Source: Alphaproteobacteria bacterium | Lineage (GTDB): Bacteria > Pseudomonadota > Alphaproteobacteria > Rs-D84 | Length of the DNA stretch: 55,879 bases | Direction: 5' to 3' | Assembly (NCBI GenBank): GCA_041673665.1 | Contig: JBAYXF010000001.1 | Span: 1 to 55,879 of the forward strand | The notes under the pieces: generated by a model | Seen by the model: the letters and a program-made list of their open reading frames with translations, nothing else | Told to the model about the DNA's origin: nothing | Database searches by the model: none | Made by a program: the position numbers and the translations under genes | In this document: one piece after another, positions 10,974 to 21,979 of the stretch | Layout: the number at the start of each line of letters is the position of its first letter | How positions within the stretch are numbered: the stretch's first letter is position 1

Positions 10974-11450
10974 TTAATATCTGGTTGTATTGCTGTGCGC
11001 TAATGCAATTGCAATTGCGTCCGCTTCGTCGGCAGTTTTTGGTTTTGCGGCTGGTAATAGAATCTTTACCATGGATGTGATTTGTGTTTTATCAGCATGA
11101 CCAGATCCGGTAATTGCTTTTTTAATAACATTTGGTTGGATTTCAAATACCGGAATTTCTTTGGTTCCAACGGCGACAATAGATGCAGCGCGTGCATGTC
11201 CCAATAATAATGTGCTGGTCGGATTATTATTTACAAATGTAATTTCAATGGCGCATTCATCCGGTGTATAAGTTTCACAAACACTTATAACTTCGTTAAA
11301 TATTTTTGCCAATCTTTTTTCTAGTGGATCTTTGGTCTTTGGTAAAATTACACCACTGGCTATATATTTGCGCGTTTGTCCCGCCGATTCAATAATCGCC
11401 CAACCAGTATGTAAAAGCCCCGGGTCAATCCCCAGAATTATTTTTGCCAT
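10974..11450 (-). CDS. ruvC: Holliday junction resolvase RuvC
   Basis: ILGIDPGLLHTGWAIIE N-terminus and C-terminal ADEADAIAIALAH motif. Confidence 0.93.
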   Translation of the reverse strand: MAKIILGIDPGLLHTGWAIIESAGQTRKYIASGVILPKTKDPLEKRLAKIFNEVISVCETYTPDECAIEITFVNNNPTSTLLLGHARAASIVAVGTKEIPVFEIQPNVIKKAITGSGHADKTQITSMVKILLPAAKPKTADEADAIAIALAHSNTTRY

Positions 11451-11451
11451 A

Positions 11452-12168
11452 TTATTCCGCCGCGGTGATTACATTTTGGACGTCATCATTTTCATCCAAT
11501 GCATCAACCAGCTTTTCCAATTTTGCGTATGTTTCATCGTCCAAATCCATCGGCATATTCGGCAGCCAAGTAAGCTCTGCTTTTTCTGGCTCGCCCAGTT
11601 TTTCATTTAATGCATTTTGGACTTGCATGAAATCATCTGGTTTTGTTTTTACGATATAACCTTCATCACTGGATTCTAAATCATCTGCACCAGCTTCCAT
11701 AATTGCCATGGTCATTTCATCTTCGCTTTTGGCAGCTGAAAGGGGATAATAAATTACCCCTGCGCGCGTGAACAAGAATGCAACACTGCCTTCTTCGCCC
11801 ATGTTGCCACCATTTTTTGCAAAGATATTTCGAACCTCTGGCACGGTTCTGCGTGGGTTATCGGTCATTGCCTCTACAATAATTGGCACATTACCTGGGC
11901 CATAGCCTTCATATCTAACGGATGAATATGTTTCTGCATTTGCGCCTTGGGATTTTTCAATTGCCCGCTTGATATTATCATTTGGCATAGAGTTTTTTCG
12001 TGCATTTAATATTGCCAAACGAAGACGTGGATTATTATCAGGGTTTTGGTCACCCAATTTTGCCGCCATGGTAATTTCGCGCGCCAGCTTTGTAAACAGT
12101 CCGCTGCGTGCCGCATCGGCCGCGCCCTTTTTATGCATAATATTGTGCCATTTGGAATGTCCGCTCAT
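11452..12168 (-). CDS. yebC: YebC/PmpR family DNA-binding regulator
   Basis: MSGHSKWHNIMHKKG start motif, so the start is placed at 12168. The track ORF extends 13 codons further, to 12207. Confidence 0.9.
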   Translation of the reverse strand: MSGHSKWHNIMHKKGAADAARSGLFTKLAREITMAAKLGDQNPDNNPRLRLAILNARKNSMPNDNIKRAIEKSQGANAETYSSVRYEGYGPGNVPIIVEAMTDNPRRTVPEVRNIFAKNGGNMGEEGSVAFLFTRAGVIYYPLSAAKSEDEMTMAIMEAGADDLESSDEGYIVKTKPDDFMQVQNALNEKLGEPEKAELTWLPNMPMDLDDETYAKLEKLVDALDENDDVQNVITAAE

Positions 12169-12218
12169 ATTTGACCTTTTGATTATTTGTTTTATAATGA
12201 ATGTCAAAAGGATAACAA

Positions 12219-12788
12219 ATGATTGGAAAATTGCAAGGAATTGTTGACTATATTGGCGATGATTATGTAATAATTATGGCTGGCGGCGTGGGATACAAGG
12301 TTTATACTGCCACAAATCTATGTATTGGCGATATGACAACATTATGGATTGAAACAATTGTTCGAGAAGATTCATTTCGTTTATTTGGTTTTGAAAGTAT
12401 TGCTGGCCAAGATTTGTTTAATAAATTAATTGGCGTCAGCGGCGTTGGACCAAAGGTTGCAATAAGTATTCTGGGTGCATTTCGTCCCGAAATATTAATG
12501 ACCGCAATTCAATGCGGGGACGCTAAAACAATAACCGCCGCACCAGGGGTTGGTAAAAAAGTTGCTGAAAAAATAATTGTAGAATTAAAAAGCAAATGCG
12601 CAGATTTCAAAATACAGGGCGCTGATGGCGGCATAAATAATGCACTGGGCGATTTATTGGCTGCGCTGGAATCATTGGGATATAGACGCACAGACGTTGC
12701 GGAACTTTCGCAAAAACTGATTCGCGAAAACCCAGCCCTGGACGTTGGTGCATTGGTCAGATTGGCACTGAAAGGGATTTGCAAATAA
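12219..12788 (+). CDS. ruvA: Holliday junction DNA helicase subunit RuvA
   Basis: MIGKLQG start, OB fold, and HhH motifs (GVSGVGPKVAISIL, PGVGKKVAEKI). Confidence 0.9.
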   Translation: MIGKLQGIVDYIGDDYVIIMAGGVGYKVYTATNLCIGDMTTLWIETIVREDSFRLFGFESIAGQDLFNKLIGVSGVGPKVAISILGAFRPEILMTAIQCGDAKTITAAPGVGKKVAEKIIVELKSKCADFKIQGADGGINNALGDLLAALESLGYRRTDVAELSQKLIRENPALDVGALVRLALKGICK

Positions 12789-14090
12789 ATGAAAGATACA
12801 ATTTTTGCATTATCTTCGGGGCGAGGCAAAGCGGGCGTTGCAGTTGTGCGCGTCAGTGGGAATAATTTACAAAAGCTGTTTAATAAAATTACAAATATTA
12901 AATCTGAAATTAAAAATCGTTATGCATATCTAACAGATTTGGTGGATGAAAACGGCGGCTTGATAGATAAAGCAATTGCGATTTATTTTCCCGCGCCAAA
13001 TTCTTTTACCGGCGAAGATGTTATAGAGTTTCATATTCATGGCAGCGCGGCGGTTTTACAAAAACTGTTTGCAACATTGACGGCACTCGGTGCGCGCATG
13101 GCAAAGCCCGGGGAATTTTCACGCCGTGCGTTTGATAATAATAAAATGGATTTAGCAGAGGCAGATGGGTTAAGCGCTTTGCTGGATGCACGCACAGATC
13201 GTCAGCGAATATTGGCGTTAAAATCTATGTCTGGTGGCGATAGTGCAAAGTTGGAAAACTGGCGCACACAAATGGTTGAAATTTCTGCTTATGCTGCCGC
13301 TATGTTGGATTATCCATCTGATGAATTACCGGAAAACATTGGCGAAAAATTGTTGGCGCAAACACAAAAATTACACGCCCAAATTTCAAATGCAATTTCG
13401 CGCAGCACGGCTGTGCGCGCAATCCAGGGCGGTTTTAACATTGCAATTGTTGGTCCTGTGAATGCTGGCAAATCATCATTATTTAATCGCTTGGTTGGAT
13501 CAGGACGCGCGATAGTCAGTGATATTCCGGGCACCACGCGTGATGTTGTTTCCGCGGATATTGATATGGACGGATACTTGGTGCGAATTTCCGATACAGC
13601 CGGACTTCGTGAAACAAATGATGAAATTGAAAAAATCGGAATTGCGCGCGCAAACGCAGAAATTCAAAATGCAGATTTAGTATTAAATGTTCAAAGCGCA
13701 AATAGCAAAGTTCAATTAAAAGATAATTGGATTAATATTGTAAATAAATCGGATTTATTGGATGAAGATTGCACTTTGCACTTTGCAAATTGCACATTAG
13801 TTTCCGCATTGACCGGCGATGGGATAGATAATTTATTGAAATTAATAAAAGAAAAAATGCATGCAATGCTGGATGGCGCGGAATCTGATATTGCCGTGAA
13901 TGAAAGAGCAAAGGCGCATCTGATTGCTGCCGAAAAAGAATTATCAAACGCAGAAAAACAAATAAAAAATATGGATTTGTTTGCCGAACATGTTCGCCAC
14001 AGCGCAGATGAAATCGGTCAAATATTGGGTGTTATTGGCGCAAGCGAAATTGCAGATTCTGTGTTCGGTAAATTATGTTTGGGCAAATAA
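12789..14090 (+). CDS. mnmE: tRNA modification GTPase MnmE
   Basis: IFALSSGRGKAGVAVVRVSG N-terminus, G-domain GPVNAGKSSLFN and DTAG, and C-terminal CLGK motif. Confidence 0.93.
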   Translation: MKDTIFALSSGRGKAGVAVVRVSGNNLQKLFNKITNIKSEIKNRYAYLTDLVDENGGLIDKAIAIYFPAPNSFTGEDVIEFHIHGSAAVLQKLFATLTALGARMAKPGEFSRRAFDNNKMDLAEADGLSALLDARTDRQRILALKSMSGGDSAKLENWRTQMVEISAYAAAMLDYPSDELPENIGEKLLAQTQKLHAQISNAISRSTAVRAIQGGFNIAIVGPVNAGKSSLFNRLVGSGRAIVSDIPGTTRDVVSADIDMDGYLVRISDTAGLRETNDEIEKIGIARANAEIQNADLVLNVQSANSKVQLKDNWINIVNKSDLLDEDCTLHFANCTLVSALTGDGIDNLLKLIKEKMHAMLDGAESDIAVNERAKAHLIAAEKELSNAEKQIKNMDLFAEHVRHSADEIGQILGVIGASEIADSVFGKLCLGK

Positions 14091-14158
14091 TACCACCCCA
14101 TACCTTTGTAATTTTTATTAAAATATGATACAATGCCTGGCGAAAAAGGGGCTTTGTT

Positions 14159-15352
14159 TTGGCATCAGAAAAATATCTTTCGATGAAGAAATCGGTAAAT
14201 GGGTTTTCGTTTGCAAACCTTGGTTTGTTTTATGGTTTTGGTAATGCGGTTGTAAATTCGGTTTATGCCCTGGTTTTAATGGATATTTTCCACAGCAGTT
14301 CTATCGTTGGTGTTTATACCTCGCTTTCTTATGGTTTGGTAATGTTATTAACCTTGACCACCAGTGAATTTTTTAAGCGATTTACTAAAACAAGAATATT
14401 TTATTCTTCTATGCTTATTGCTGGGATATTTGCATTTATGATGGCTTTTTCAATAAAGCCGATAACGTTTATTGTTTTGGATCAGCTTTCTTGGCTACCC
14501 TGGTTGCTTATTGGTGGGTGCATTCCATTATTCTTATCTGATTTTTCTAAAAAGACCGGTATGGATAAACTTAGTGGTCGGTATTATATGTGGTTGAATA
14601 TAGGTTCTACGATCGCCCCAATTATTGCGATGTTTTTTGCAGAAAACTATGGAAACAGATCTGCATATTTTGTGGCAAGTGCAATTATGCTTATTGGATT
14701 GATGTATTTTAGCAGTTATAAATTGGTGTCAGAAGATATGCCCATTAAAAAATTAATTCCACGCAGAACGCTTCATAGTATTATAAACAATATTCGTGTT
14801 TATTTTAAAAACTCCGGGTTACGAAAAGCGTATCTTATAAATTGTGGATATTATGCGGTATCAATTATAATGAGTATTTATATGCCCATAATTATTGTGG
14901 AAGAAAATGGCTTTTCAAAGGAAGTGCTGGGATATGTTTTGGCTGCATGTACTTTGCCCTATATTTTAATGGCGGCAATAATGCCGGTTATTTCCAAAAA
15001 ATTTGGGAAAAAGGTTTGTATTTCTGCGGGCTTTCTTATTTTTGCGACATTGGTAACGTTATCTGTTTTTGTAAATGGCTATACATTATTGGTGCTTTTT
15101 GTAGCATGGAATTTTGCGTTTGCGATGATAGAATCGTTACGCGATCTTTTGTTCTTTGATTCTGTTAATAATTCAGAGGCATCACGTTTTATCGGGATAT
15201 TTAATACAGGGGATAATGTTCCAAAATTTATAACTCCGATGATATGTGCAGGTGTAATTGCTCTTACTGGATCAACCAATTTTGTTTTGATAATTGCGGC
15301 GATTGTGGCCGTGTTATCGGCTTTTGTAATGATGTTGCCAGAGAAAAAATAA
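14159..15352 (+). CDS. MFS-type transporter
   Basis: About 12 predicted hydrophobic helices in 397 aa. The TTG start is uncertain; an in-frame ATG lies at 14183. No substrate is inferable. Confidence 0.65.
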   Translation: MASEKYLSMKKSVNGFSFANLGLFYGFGNAVVNSVYALVLMDIFHSSSIVGVYTSLSYGLVMLLTLTTSEFFKRFTKTRIFYSSMLIAGIFAFMMAFSIKPITFIVLDQLSWLPWLLIGGCIPLFLSDFSKKTGMDKLSGRYYMWLNIGSTIAPIIAMFFAENYGNRSAYFVASAIMLIGLMYFSSYKLVSEDMPIKKLIPRRTLHSIINNIRVYFKNSGLRKAYLINCGYYAVSIIMSIYMPIIIVEENGFSKEVLGYVLAACTLPYILMAAIMPVISKKFGKKVCISAGFLIFATLVTLSVFVNGYTLLVLFVAWNFAFAMIESLRDLLFFDSVNNSEASRFIGIFNTGDNVPKFITPMICAGVIALTGSTNFVLIIAAIVAVLSAFVMMLPEKK

Positions 15353-15410
15353 TTATTGCTAAATCCTGCTTTAATCGTTAGTATTTCTTTGATAATTCAA
15401 GGAGATTTTT

Positions 15411-16478
15411 ATGGCAAAAAAAGAAGCAGTAAAAGACACCCAGACATCAGCAAAAAACCCAGCATTAGAATCGGCATTGGCCCAAATTCAAAAGCAATTT
15501 GGTAAAGAAGCCATTATGAAAATGGGTGACGGGTCCCAGCAAAACATCGATGCAATTTCAACAGGTTCATTGGGGTTGGATATTGCGCTGGGGATCGGTG
15601 GATACCCACGTGGCAGAATTGTTGAAATTTATGGACCAGAAAGTTCTGGAAAAACAACATTGGCATTGCATGCTGTTGCCGAAGCGCAAAAGAAGGGCGG
15701 AACATGTGCATATATTGATGCAGAAAATGCTTTGGATCCATCATATGCTAAAAAATTGGGCGTTGATGTTTCAAATCTTATAGTTTCCCAACCATCTTCG
15801 GGCGAAGAAGGATTGGAAATTGCAAACACTCTTATTTCCAGCGGAGCCGTTGATGTTGTTGTTGTGGATTCTGTTGCGGCATTGATCCCAAAGGCGGAAT
15901 TAGAAGGAAACTTTGAAGATCATTTTATGGGAACAACTGCACGTTTGATGTCCCAGGCATTAAAGAAATTGGCGGGCAGTGTTTCGCGCAGCAATACTTT
16001 GCTGATATTTATTAATCAGATTCGTATGAAAATTGGCGTTATGTTTGGCAGTCCAGAAACCACATCTGGTGGTAATGCTTTGAAATTCTATGCATCTGTT
16101 CGCTTGGATATTCGTCGTATTGGCGCAATCAAGGATAAAGAAGATGTTGTTGGAAATGAAACCCGGGTCAAAGTTGTTAAAAATAAAGTTGCCCCACCTT
16201 TCCGTACAGTTGAATTTAAAATTATGTATGGCGAGGGGATTTCTCGCGAATCAGAAATCTTGGATATGGGCGTAAAAATGAATTTGATTGAAAAAGCAGG
16301 CTCGTTTTATTCATATAACTCAGAACGTATTGGCCAAGGAGAAGCAAACGCACGAAAATGGTTGAAAGATAATACAGAAGTGCAAAAAGAGCTGTTGGAT
16401 AAAATTATGTCAAAGTCCGCAGGCTTGGCCGAAGAAATGACAACTGGCCCAGAAGAAAAAGAAGAAGATGCAGAATAA
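15411..16478 (+). CDS. recA: Recombinase A
   Basis: [12 protein letters not shown] Walker [10 protein letters not shown], and L1/L2 loop regions. Full-length RecA. Confidence 0.98.
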   Translation: MAKKEAVKDTQTSAKNPALESALAQIQKQFGKEAIMKMGDGSQQNIDAISTGSLGLDIALGIGGYPRGRIVEIYGPESSGKTTLALHAVAEAQKKGGTCAYIDAENALDPSYAKKLGVDVSNLIVSQPSSGEEGLEIANTLISSGAVDVVVVDSVAALIPKAELEGNFEDHFMGTTARLMSQALKKLAGSVSRSNTLLIFINQIRMKIGVMFGSPETTSGGNALKFYASVRLDIRRIGAIKDKEDVVGNETRVKVVKNKVAPPFRTVEFKIMYGEGISRESEILDMGVKMNLIEKAGSFYSYNSERIGQGEANARKWLKDNTEVQKELLDKIMSKSAGLAEEMTTGPEEKEEDAE

Positions 16479-16479
16479 A

Positions 16480-17127
16480 ATGAAAATTAAAAATATATTC
16501 TGGGATGTTGATGGTGTTCTGGCAGATTTAAATCATGCATACTATAAATTTTTAACGGGACATCAAAATTGGCGGAATAAATTTGATATATCCAGTTTTA
16601 GTGATTTACCAAAAGCCTTGCCAATTTCAAGCCCAGAGTTTGGAAGTCTGGAATTATTAACGCATCCAGAATTTGCGGAACAATTAAATCATGATTTTAT
16701 AACATCTGAATTTTTTGATGATCGTCCATTATATCCAGATACAAAGCCCGCTATTATCAGCTTGCATGATATGGGAATAAACCAAACCATAATGTCTGCG
16801 ACCGGTACGCCCGAAAGAAAAAAAGCAGTATTAAAATCTTTGTTTGATGGTTTGCCAATTGATATACGCGTTGCCCCACACGGGGAAGGAAAAGAAGCAA
16901 AAGAAAGTCATATGATAAAATATATGAATGAAAATAATTGGAATCCATCCGAAACAATATTGGTTGATGACAGACCATATAATTTACGTGCAGCAATTCG
17001 CGCCGGAATAAGACCAATTCGTTATCGCAGTGAATTTACAATTGATAATCCAATAGATTTAAAAACACCAGAATTTTTTAATTTAAAAGATTTGGTTGAA
17101 TATATAAAAAAGGAAAACGGGTTATGA
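16480..17127 (+). CDS. HAD-superfamily hydrolase, 5'(3')-deoxyribonucleotidase (NT5C)-like
   Basis: HAD motif I in NT5C form (WDVDGVLADL). The start is placed at the ATG at 16480, 2 nt after the recA stop; an alternative ATG at 16468 overlaps recA. Confidence 0.55.
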   Translation: MKIKNIFWDVDGVLADLNHAYYKFLTGHQNWRNKFDISSFSDLPKALPISSPEFGSLELLTHPEFAEQLNHDFITSEFFDDRPLYPDTKPAIISLHDMGINQTIMSATGTPERKKAVLKSLFDGLPIDIRVAPHGEGKEAKESHMIKYMNENNWNPSETILVDDRPYNLRAAIRAGIRPIRYRSEFTIDNPIDLKTPEFFNLKDLVEYIKKENGL

Positions 17128-17879
17128 AAACATGCGTAATAATACCTTGTAGAATGGCATCAGAAAGATTACCAGAAAAGTTTATACAAGATATAAATGG
17201 TAAAACTTTATTGCAACGTGTTTATGAAAATGTGTCAGCTGAATTTGGAAAAGATGATGTGTTTATCGCATTGGATGGTGAAAAGTTAGCAGCTCTTGCA
17301 CAATCATTTGGTGCAAAATTTATAATAACAGATCCGAATTGTCCATCTGGCACGGATCGTATTGCGCAGGCGCTGGAAACCATAGACCCAAATGGCGATA
17401 AATACGATTTTGTTATAAATTTTCAGGGCGATGATGTAAATGTTAATCCAAAAATAAGCAGTCGTCTTGCGCAAATATTGGAAAAGACAGGCGCAGATTT
17501 AGCAACGGTTGTTCAGCCAATAGACGATGAAAATATGATTATGAATCCATCTATTGTAAAGGTTGCTATGGTTCAATCAACGGGTCGTTGTTTATATTTT
17601 TCACGCAGTCCAATTCCATTTAACCGCAAGGTAGGATGCACAGACAAGGCTTTTTGGCACATTGGAATGTATGCGTATAATTTAAAGTCTTTGCGTAAAT
17701 TTGTTAAATTACCAGTTGGTGAATTAGAAAAATTAGAAAGCCTGGAACAACTAAGATTTTTGGAAAACGGCATGAGTGTTTTTGCCGGTATTTTAGAAGA
17801 TACCAGAATAAATACACAAGCTCCTGCTGATGTGAATACTGCAGAAGATTTAGAAGAAATGAGGAAATACATAAAATGA
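17124..17879 (+). CDS. kdsB: 3-deoxy-manno-octulosonate cytidylyltransferase
   Basis: N-terminal VIIPCRMASERLPEKF, plus NFQGDD and LEQLRFLENG motifs. Confidence 0.9.
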   Translation: MKTCVIIPCRMASERLPEKFIQDINGKTLLQRVYENVSAEFGKDDVFIALDGEKLAALAQSFGAKFIITDPNCPSGTDRIAQALETIDPNGDKYDFVINFQGDDVNVNPKISSRLAQILEKTGADLATVVQPIDDENMIMNPSIVKVAMVQSTGRCLYFSRSPIPFNRKVGCTDKAFWHIGMYAYNLKSLRKFVKLPVGELEKLESLEQLRFLENGMSVFAGILEDTRINTQAPADVNTAEDLEEMRKYIK

Positions 17880-18712
17880 AACATGTAAAAATTTCAGACA
17901 AGATTATATTTGGAAATGATTTGCCATTTGTTTTGATTGCTGGTCCATGCGCAATGGAAACACTGGATCATACAATGTTTATGGCAGAAAGTTTAATAAA
18001 GGTAACAGATAAATTGGGAATTCCATTTGTATTCAAAACCAGTTTTGATAAAGCAAATAGAACATCAATAACATCAAAGCGTGGTGCAGGTTTAGATTGT
18101 GCAATGAAGGTATTTGATGAAATCCGTAAAAAATTTGGTTGTGCTTGTATTACGGATATTCATTTGCCTGAGCAGGCAGAGATTGTTGCACCACATGTTG
18201 ATATGTTGCAAATACCGGCCTTTTTGGCACGTCAAACGGATTTGTTAGTTGCTGCTGCAAAAACAGGCAAGCCTGTTAATGTAAAAAAACCACAATGGTC
18301 CGCGCCACAGGATATGAAAGCTACATTGGGCAAAATGTACGATTCAGGAAATGATAAAATATTACTGTGTGAACGTGGAACCAGTTTTGGTTATAATAAT
18401 TATGTTGTTGATATGCGCAGTATCCCATGGATGTCTGCATTAGATGCACCAGTTGTAATTGATGCAACGCACGGGATTCAACAACCAGCCAGCAGTGGTT
18501 GCACCAGTGGCGGTGACAGACGTCTGGCACCAGTTATTGCACGTGCGGCATTGTCGGTTGGCGTTTCAGCGGTGTTCGTAGAAGTACATGATAATCCAGA
18601 TGTTGCCCCATGTGATGGACCAAATATGATTAAATTATCTGATATGGAAAATGAATTAAAGACTTGGAAAGATATAGATGCAATAGCAAAAGCAAATCCG
18701 ATAATTTTATAA
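17876..18712 (+). CDS. kdsA: 2-dehydro-3-deoxyphosphooctonate aldolase
   Basis: FKTSFDKANRTS, IPAFLARQTDL and DATH motifs. A 4-nt overlap with kdsB suggests coupling. Confidence 0.95.
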   Translation: MKHVKISDKIIFGNDLPFVLIAGPCAMETLDHTMFMAESLIKVTDKLGIPFVFKTSFDKANRTSITSKRGAGLDCAMKVFDEIRKKFGCACITDIHLPEQAEIVAPHVDMLQIPAFLARQTDLLVAAAKTGKPVNVKKPQWSAPQDMKATLGKMYDSGNDKILLCERGTSFGYNNYVVDMRSIPWMSALDAPVVIDATHGIQQPASSGCTSGGDRRLAPVIARAALSVGVSAVFVEVHDNPDVAPCDGPNMIKLSDMENELKTWKDIDAIAKANPIIL

Positions 18713-18716
18713 AAAA

Positions 18717-18740
18717 ACCGGCAAAAAGCCGGTTTTTTTA
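18717..18740. terminator. Bidirectional terminator between kdsA and typA
   Basis: Stem accggc/gccggt with loop aaaaa, flanked by an A-run and a T-run, between convergent genes. Confidence 0.75.
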
Positions 18741-20567
18741 ATTCTTTCTGGTTTTCTTTCTTGTATTTGAATCCAGTTCTTTTTTGCGAAGTCTGATGAT
18801 TTGTGGTGTAACCTCTACCAATTCATCGTCTTGGATATAAGACAGGGCTTCTTCCAGTGTAATTTTTCGTGGTGGCGCCAAGAATAATTTTTCATCGGCC
18901 GTTACACTGCGCATATTTGTTAATTCTTTACCTTTTATCGGATTTACTTCTAAATCATTTTCTTTGGTATGTTCGCCGATAATCATACCATTATAAACCA
19001 ATGTTTGTGGTTCAATAAACAATGTTCCGCGGGGTTGCAAATTAAACAAGGCATAAGTTGCAGTAGCGCCATTTTCCATAGATACCAATACTCCTGGTCT
19101 GTATGCTTCGATATCGCCACGATAAAAATCATATTTATCAAATATACGATTCATAATCCCAGTACCACGGGTATCAGTTCTAAATTCTGATAAATAACCA
19201 ATTAAACCACGTGATGGCGCAGAAAAAGTAATACGAGTTTTATCCACACCCGATGGTTTCATTTCAGAAATCATTCCTTTGCGTTTGGTCATTTTTTCAA
19301 TAACAACCCCAGAAAATTCATCATCAACATCAATAACGACATCTTCGATTGGTTCTAAACTATTATCGTTTTTATCTTTTTGAAACACAACGCGTGGGCG
19401 GGATACAGACAGTTCGAATCCTTCGCGGCGCATGGTTTCAATTAAAATCCCCAATTGTAATTCACCACGACCGGATACTTCGAACGCTTCGTTATTAGCG
19501 CTTTGTACAACGCGCAGCGCAATATTTGTTTCTGCTTCTTTGAATAATCTTTCGCCAATCATACGGCTGGTTAATTTTTTGCCACCGCTTTTTCCGGCCA
19601 GTGGGCTGGTGTTTACAAAGAATGTCATGGTCAGTGTTGGTGGATCAATTGGCAGTGCAGGTATTGGATCATTTACAGATGGATCGCATAATGTATCGGC
19701 AACGGTTGCTTTGCTAAACCCGGCAACAACGACGATGTCACCCGCGCTGGCTGTTTCCAGTGATACTTTTTCTATACCACGATGTTCAATGATTTTTGTA
19801 ATTTTGGCATTTTCAACAAACTCGCCCTGCATATTAATAGCTTTTACAGCCTGTCCAACACGCACAGTTCCAGATTCTATTTTTCCAGTTAAAATTCTGC
19901 CGACATATGGATCCGCCTCAAGTGTGGTTGCCAGCATACGAAATGGTGCATTGACTTCACATTTTCCAGATGTGCCGCAATCAGGCGCAGGAACATGATC
20001 AATAATCAATTGGAATAATGGGGTTAAATCTTTGCGCTCGTCGTTTAATTCGCGTACGGCCCAACCATCACGACCAACAGCATAAAGATATGGAAAATCT
20101 AATTGTGAATCCGTCGCACCCAATTTATCAAATAAATCAAATGTTTCACTGAGTACTTCTTCGGGACGCGCATCGCCTCGGTCAACTTTGTTTATACAAA
20201 CAATAGGACGCAGGCCCAATTTCAAAGCCTTGGATAATACAAATTTAGTTTGTGGCAATGGGCCTTCGGATGAATCGACCAATAAAACAACACCATCAAC
20301 CATGCTTAAAATACGTTCAACTTCGCCGCCAAAGTCGGCGTGTCCGGGTGTATCAACGATATTGATTTTATAATTTTTCCATAAAATACTGGTTGGTTTT
20401 GCAGAAATAGTAATTCCACGTTCGCGTTCCAAATCCCCGCTGTCCATTACACGGTCCGCGACACGTTCGTTTTCACGGAATGTGCCGGCTTGTTTTAACA
20501 TATTATTAACCAATGTTGTTTTGCCATGGTCAACGTGTGCGATAATCGCGATATTACGAATTTTCAT
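18738..20567 (-). CDS. typA: Translational GTPase TypA/BipA
   Basis: IRNIAIIAHVDHGKTTL, DTPGHADFGGEV and NKVDR motifs. Length (609 aa) and C-terminal domain fit BipA. Confidence 0.95.
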   Translation of the reverse strand: MKIRNIAIIAHVDHGKTTLVNNMLKQAGTFRENERVADRVMDSGDLERERGITISAKPTSILWKNYKINIVDTPGHADFGGEVERILSMVDGVVLLVDSSEGPLPQTKFVLSKALKLGLRPIVCINKVDRGDARPEEVLSETFDLFDKLGATDSQLDFPYLYAVGRDGWAVRELNDERKDLTPLFQLIIDHVPAPDCGTSGKCEVNAPFRMLATTLEADPYVGRILTGKIESGTVRVGQAVKAINMQGEFVENAKITKIIEHRGIEKVSLETASAGDIVVVAGFSKATVADTLCDPSVNDPIPALPIDPPTLTMTFFVNTSPLAGKSGGKKLTSRMIGERLFKEAETNIALRVVQSANNEAFEVSGRGELQLGILIETMRREGFELSVSRPRVVFQKDKNDNSLEPIEDVVIDVDDEFSGVVIEKMTKRKGMISEMKPSGVDKTRITFSAPSRGLIGYLSEFRTDTRGTGIMNRIFDKYDFYRGDIEAYRPGVLVSMENGATATYALFNLQPRGTLFIEPQTLVYNGMIIGEHTKENDLEVNPIKGKELTNMRSVTADEKLFLAPPRKITLEEALSYIQDDELVEVTPQIIRLRKKELDSNTRKKTRKN

Positions 20568-20640
20568 TTTTAACTTTCTTTTGGTTTATTTTATTGCGCG
20601 AAGCATCGTACATCAAAAAATATGAGTTTTCAAGTAGTTA

Positions 20641-20669
20641 AAAAAATAAATCCAGCATTTGCTGGATTT
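20641..20669 (-). terminator. Rho-independent terminator after serS
   Basis: Palindrome aaatccagca..tgctggattt (20648-20669). The A-run at 20641-20647 reads as a T-run on the minus strand downstream of the serS stop. Confidence 0.65.
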
Positions 20670-20689
20670 ATAATTGTTTTCGAGTTTTT

Positions 20690-21970
20690 TTACCCACCGA
20701 TTTTTTTGCGCCCACCCATTAATGGTTGCAGTGCTTTTGGAATGTTCACTGATCCATCTGCGTTTTGATGGTTTTCAATAACTGGCACAATCGCACGTGG
20801 CAGAGCAATGCCTGTATTGTTTAATGTCGCACAAAATTTGACCTCATTAGTACTGTTTTCGCGATAGCGGGTATTGGTTCTGCGCGCTTGAAATTCGCCA
20901 ATAGATGAACAACTGCCCAGTTCGCGATAGCGACCTTCGCTGGGGAACCATGTTTCTACATCATCCATTTTTATTTTATTGAATCCCATATCTCCCGTAG
21001 ATGTTGATAATATATGCCATGGCAATTCCAAGTCTGTTAAAATTTCGCACAAGTTATCCAACAATAATTGATGCATTTTTTCAGATTCTTCGGGCTTGCA
21101 GAAAATAAATTGTTCCACTTTATGAAATTGATAAAAACGAATTAGTCCACGTGTGTCTTTGCCAGCTGCACCTGCTTCTTTGCGATAACATGGTGAATAT
21201 CCAGCATACATAATTGGCAATTGTTTTTCATCCAGTATTTCATTTTGATGTAATGAATTAAGCGCGATTTCTGCGGTACCGGCTAAACATCTGTCAGTAT
21301 CATTCAGCACAAAAACATCATTTTTCATAACGGCTGGATCGCTGCCCAAGAAATGCCCAGCATTAAAAATTGCAGGAATTTTTGTAATTGCGGGAACTTG
21401 GATGAATGTAAATCCTTTAGCGATTAATTTTTGTATTACAAATGTTTGTATTGCCAGATCTAATTCCGCTGCTTCGCCTTTTAAACAATATGTTCTGGTG
21501 CCGCAAATTTCAGCAATTTTTTCAGGCATCCACCAATTATTTATATCCAATATTTCATAATGTGGTTTTGGTGTAAAATCAAAATTTCTTTTTTCGCCAA
21601 ATGTTTTTGTTACAACATTTGATTCTTCGTCTGGGCCAACAGGGGATGCGACATCTGGTATCTGTGGAACAGATAAAAGTAATTCGTTTAAAGCCGCCTC
21701 TTTTTCAGACAATTCTTTTAATTCATTGGCGATCTTTTCGCTGATTTCTTTGGAATTAGCAACCAGTGATTTACGTGCGTCGGCGTCAGCCTTGGCAATT
21801 TCGGCAGATATTTTATTTTTTTCAGCAGTTTCAGTTTGAGTGCTGGTTTTCAACGCACGAACGCGCGCGTCCAATTCCAAGATAATATCGGTGTTATCAT
21901 CAAAACCCTTGACCTGGCAAGCCCATTTTACTTTATCCGGGTTTTCACGAATGAATTTTATATCTAGCAT
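20690..21970 (-). CDS. serS: Seryl-tRNA synthetase
   Basis: N-terminal coiled-coil arm (MLDIKFIRENP...) and class II motifs (YRKEAGAAGKDTRGLIRFYQF, TLNNTGIALPRAIV). Confidence 0.96.
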   Translation of the reverse strand: MLDIKFIRENPDKVKWACQVKGFDDNTDIILELDARVRALKTSTQTETAEKNKISAEIAKADADARKSLVANSKEISEKIANELKELSEKEAALNELLLSVPQIPDVASPVGPDEESNVVTKTFGEKRNFDFTPKPHYEILDINNWWMPEKIAEICGTRTYCLKGEAAELDLAIQTFVIQKLIAKGFTFIQVPAITKIPAIFNAGHFLGSDPAVMKNDVFVLNDTDRCLAGTAEIALNSLHQNEILDEKQLPIMYAGYSPCYRKEAGAAGKDTRGLIRFYQFHKVEQFIFCKPEESEKMHQLLLDNLCEILTDLELPWHILSTSTGDMGFNKIKMDDVETWFPSEGRYRELGSCSSIGEFQARRTNTRYRENSTNEVKFCATLNNTGIALPRAIVPVIENHQNADGSVNIPKALQPLMGGRKKIGG

Positions 21971-21979
21971 ATCATCACC

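Noticed and set aside
19432-19998. 188-aa plus-strand ORF inside typA
   Set aside because: It is antisense to a highly conserved GTPase gene and is shadow-ORF sequence.
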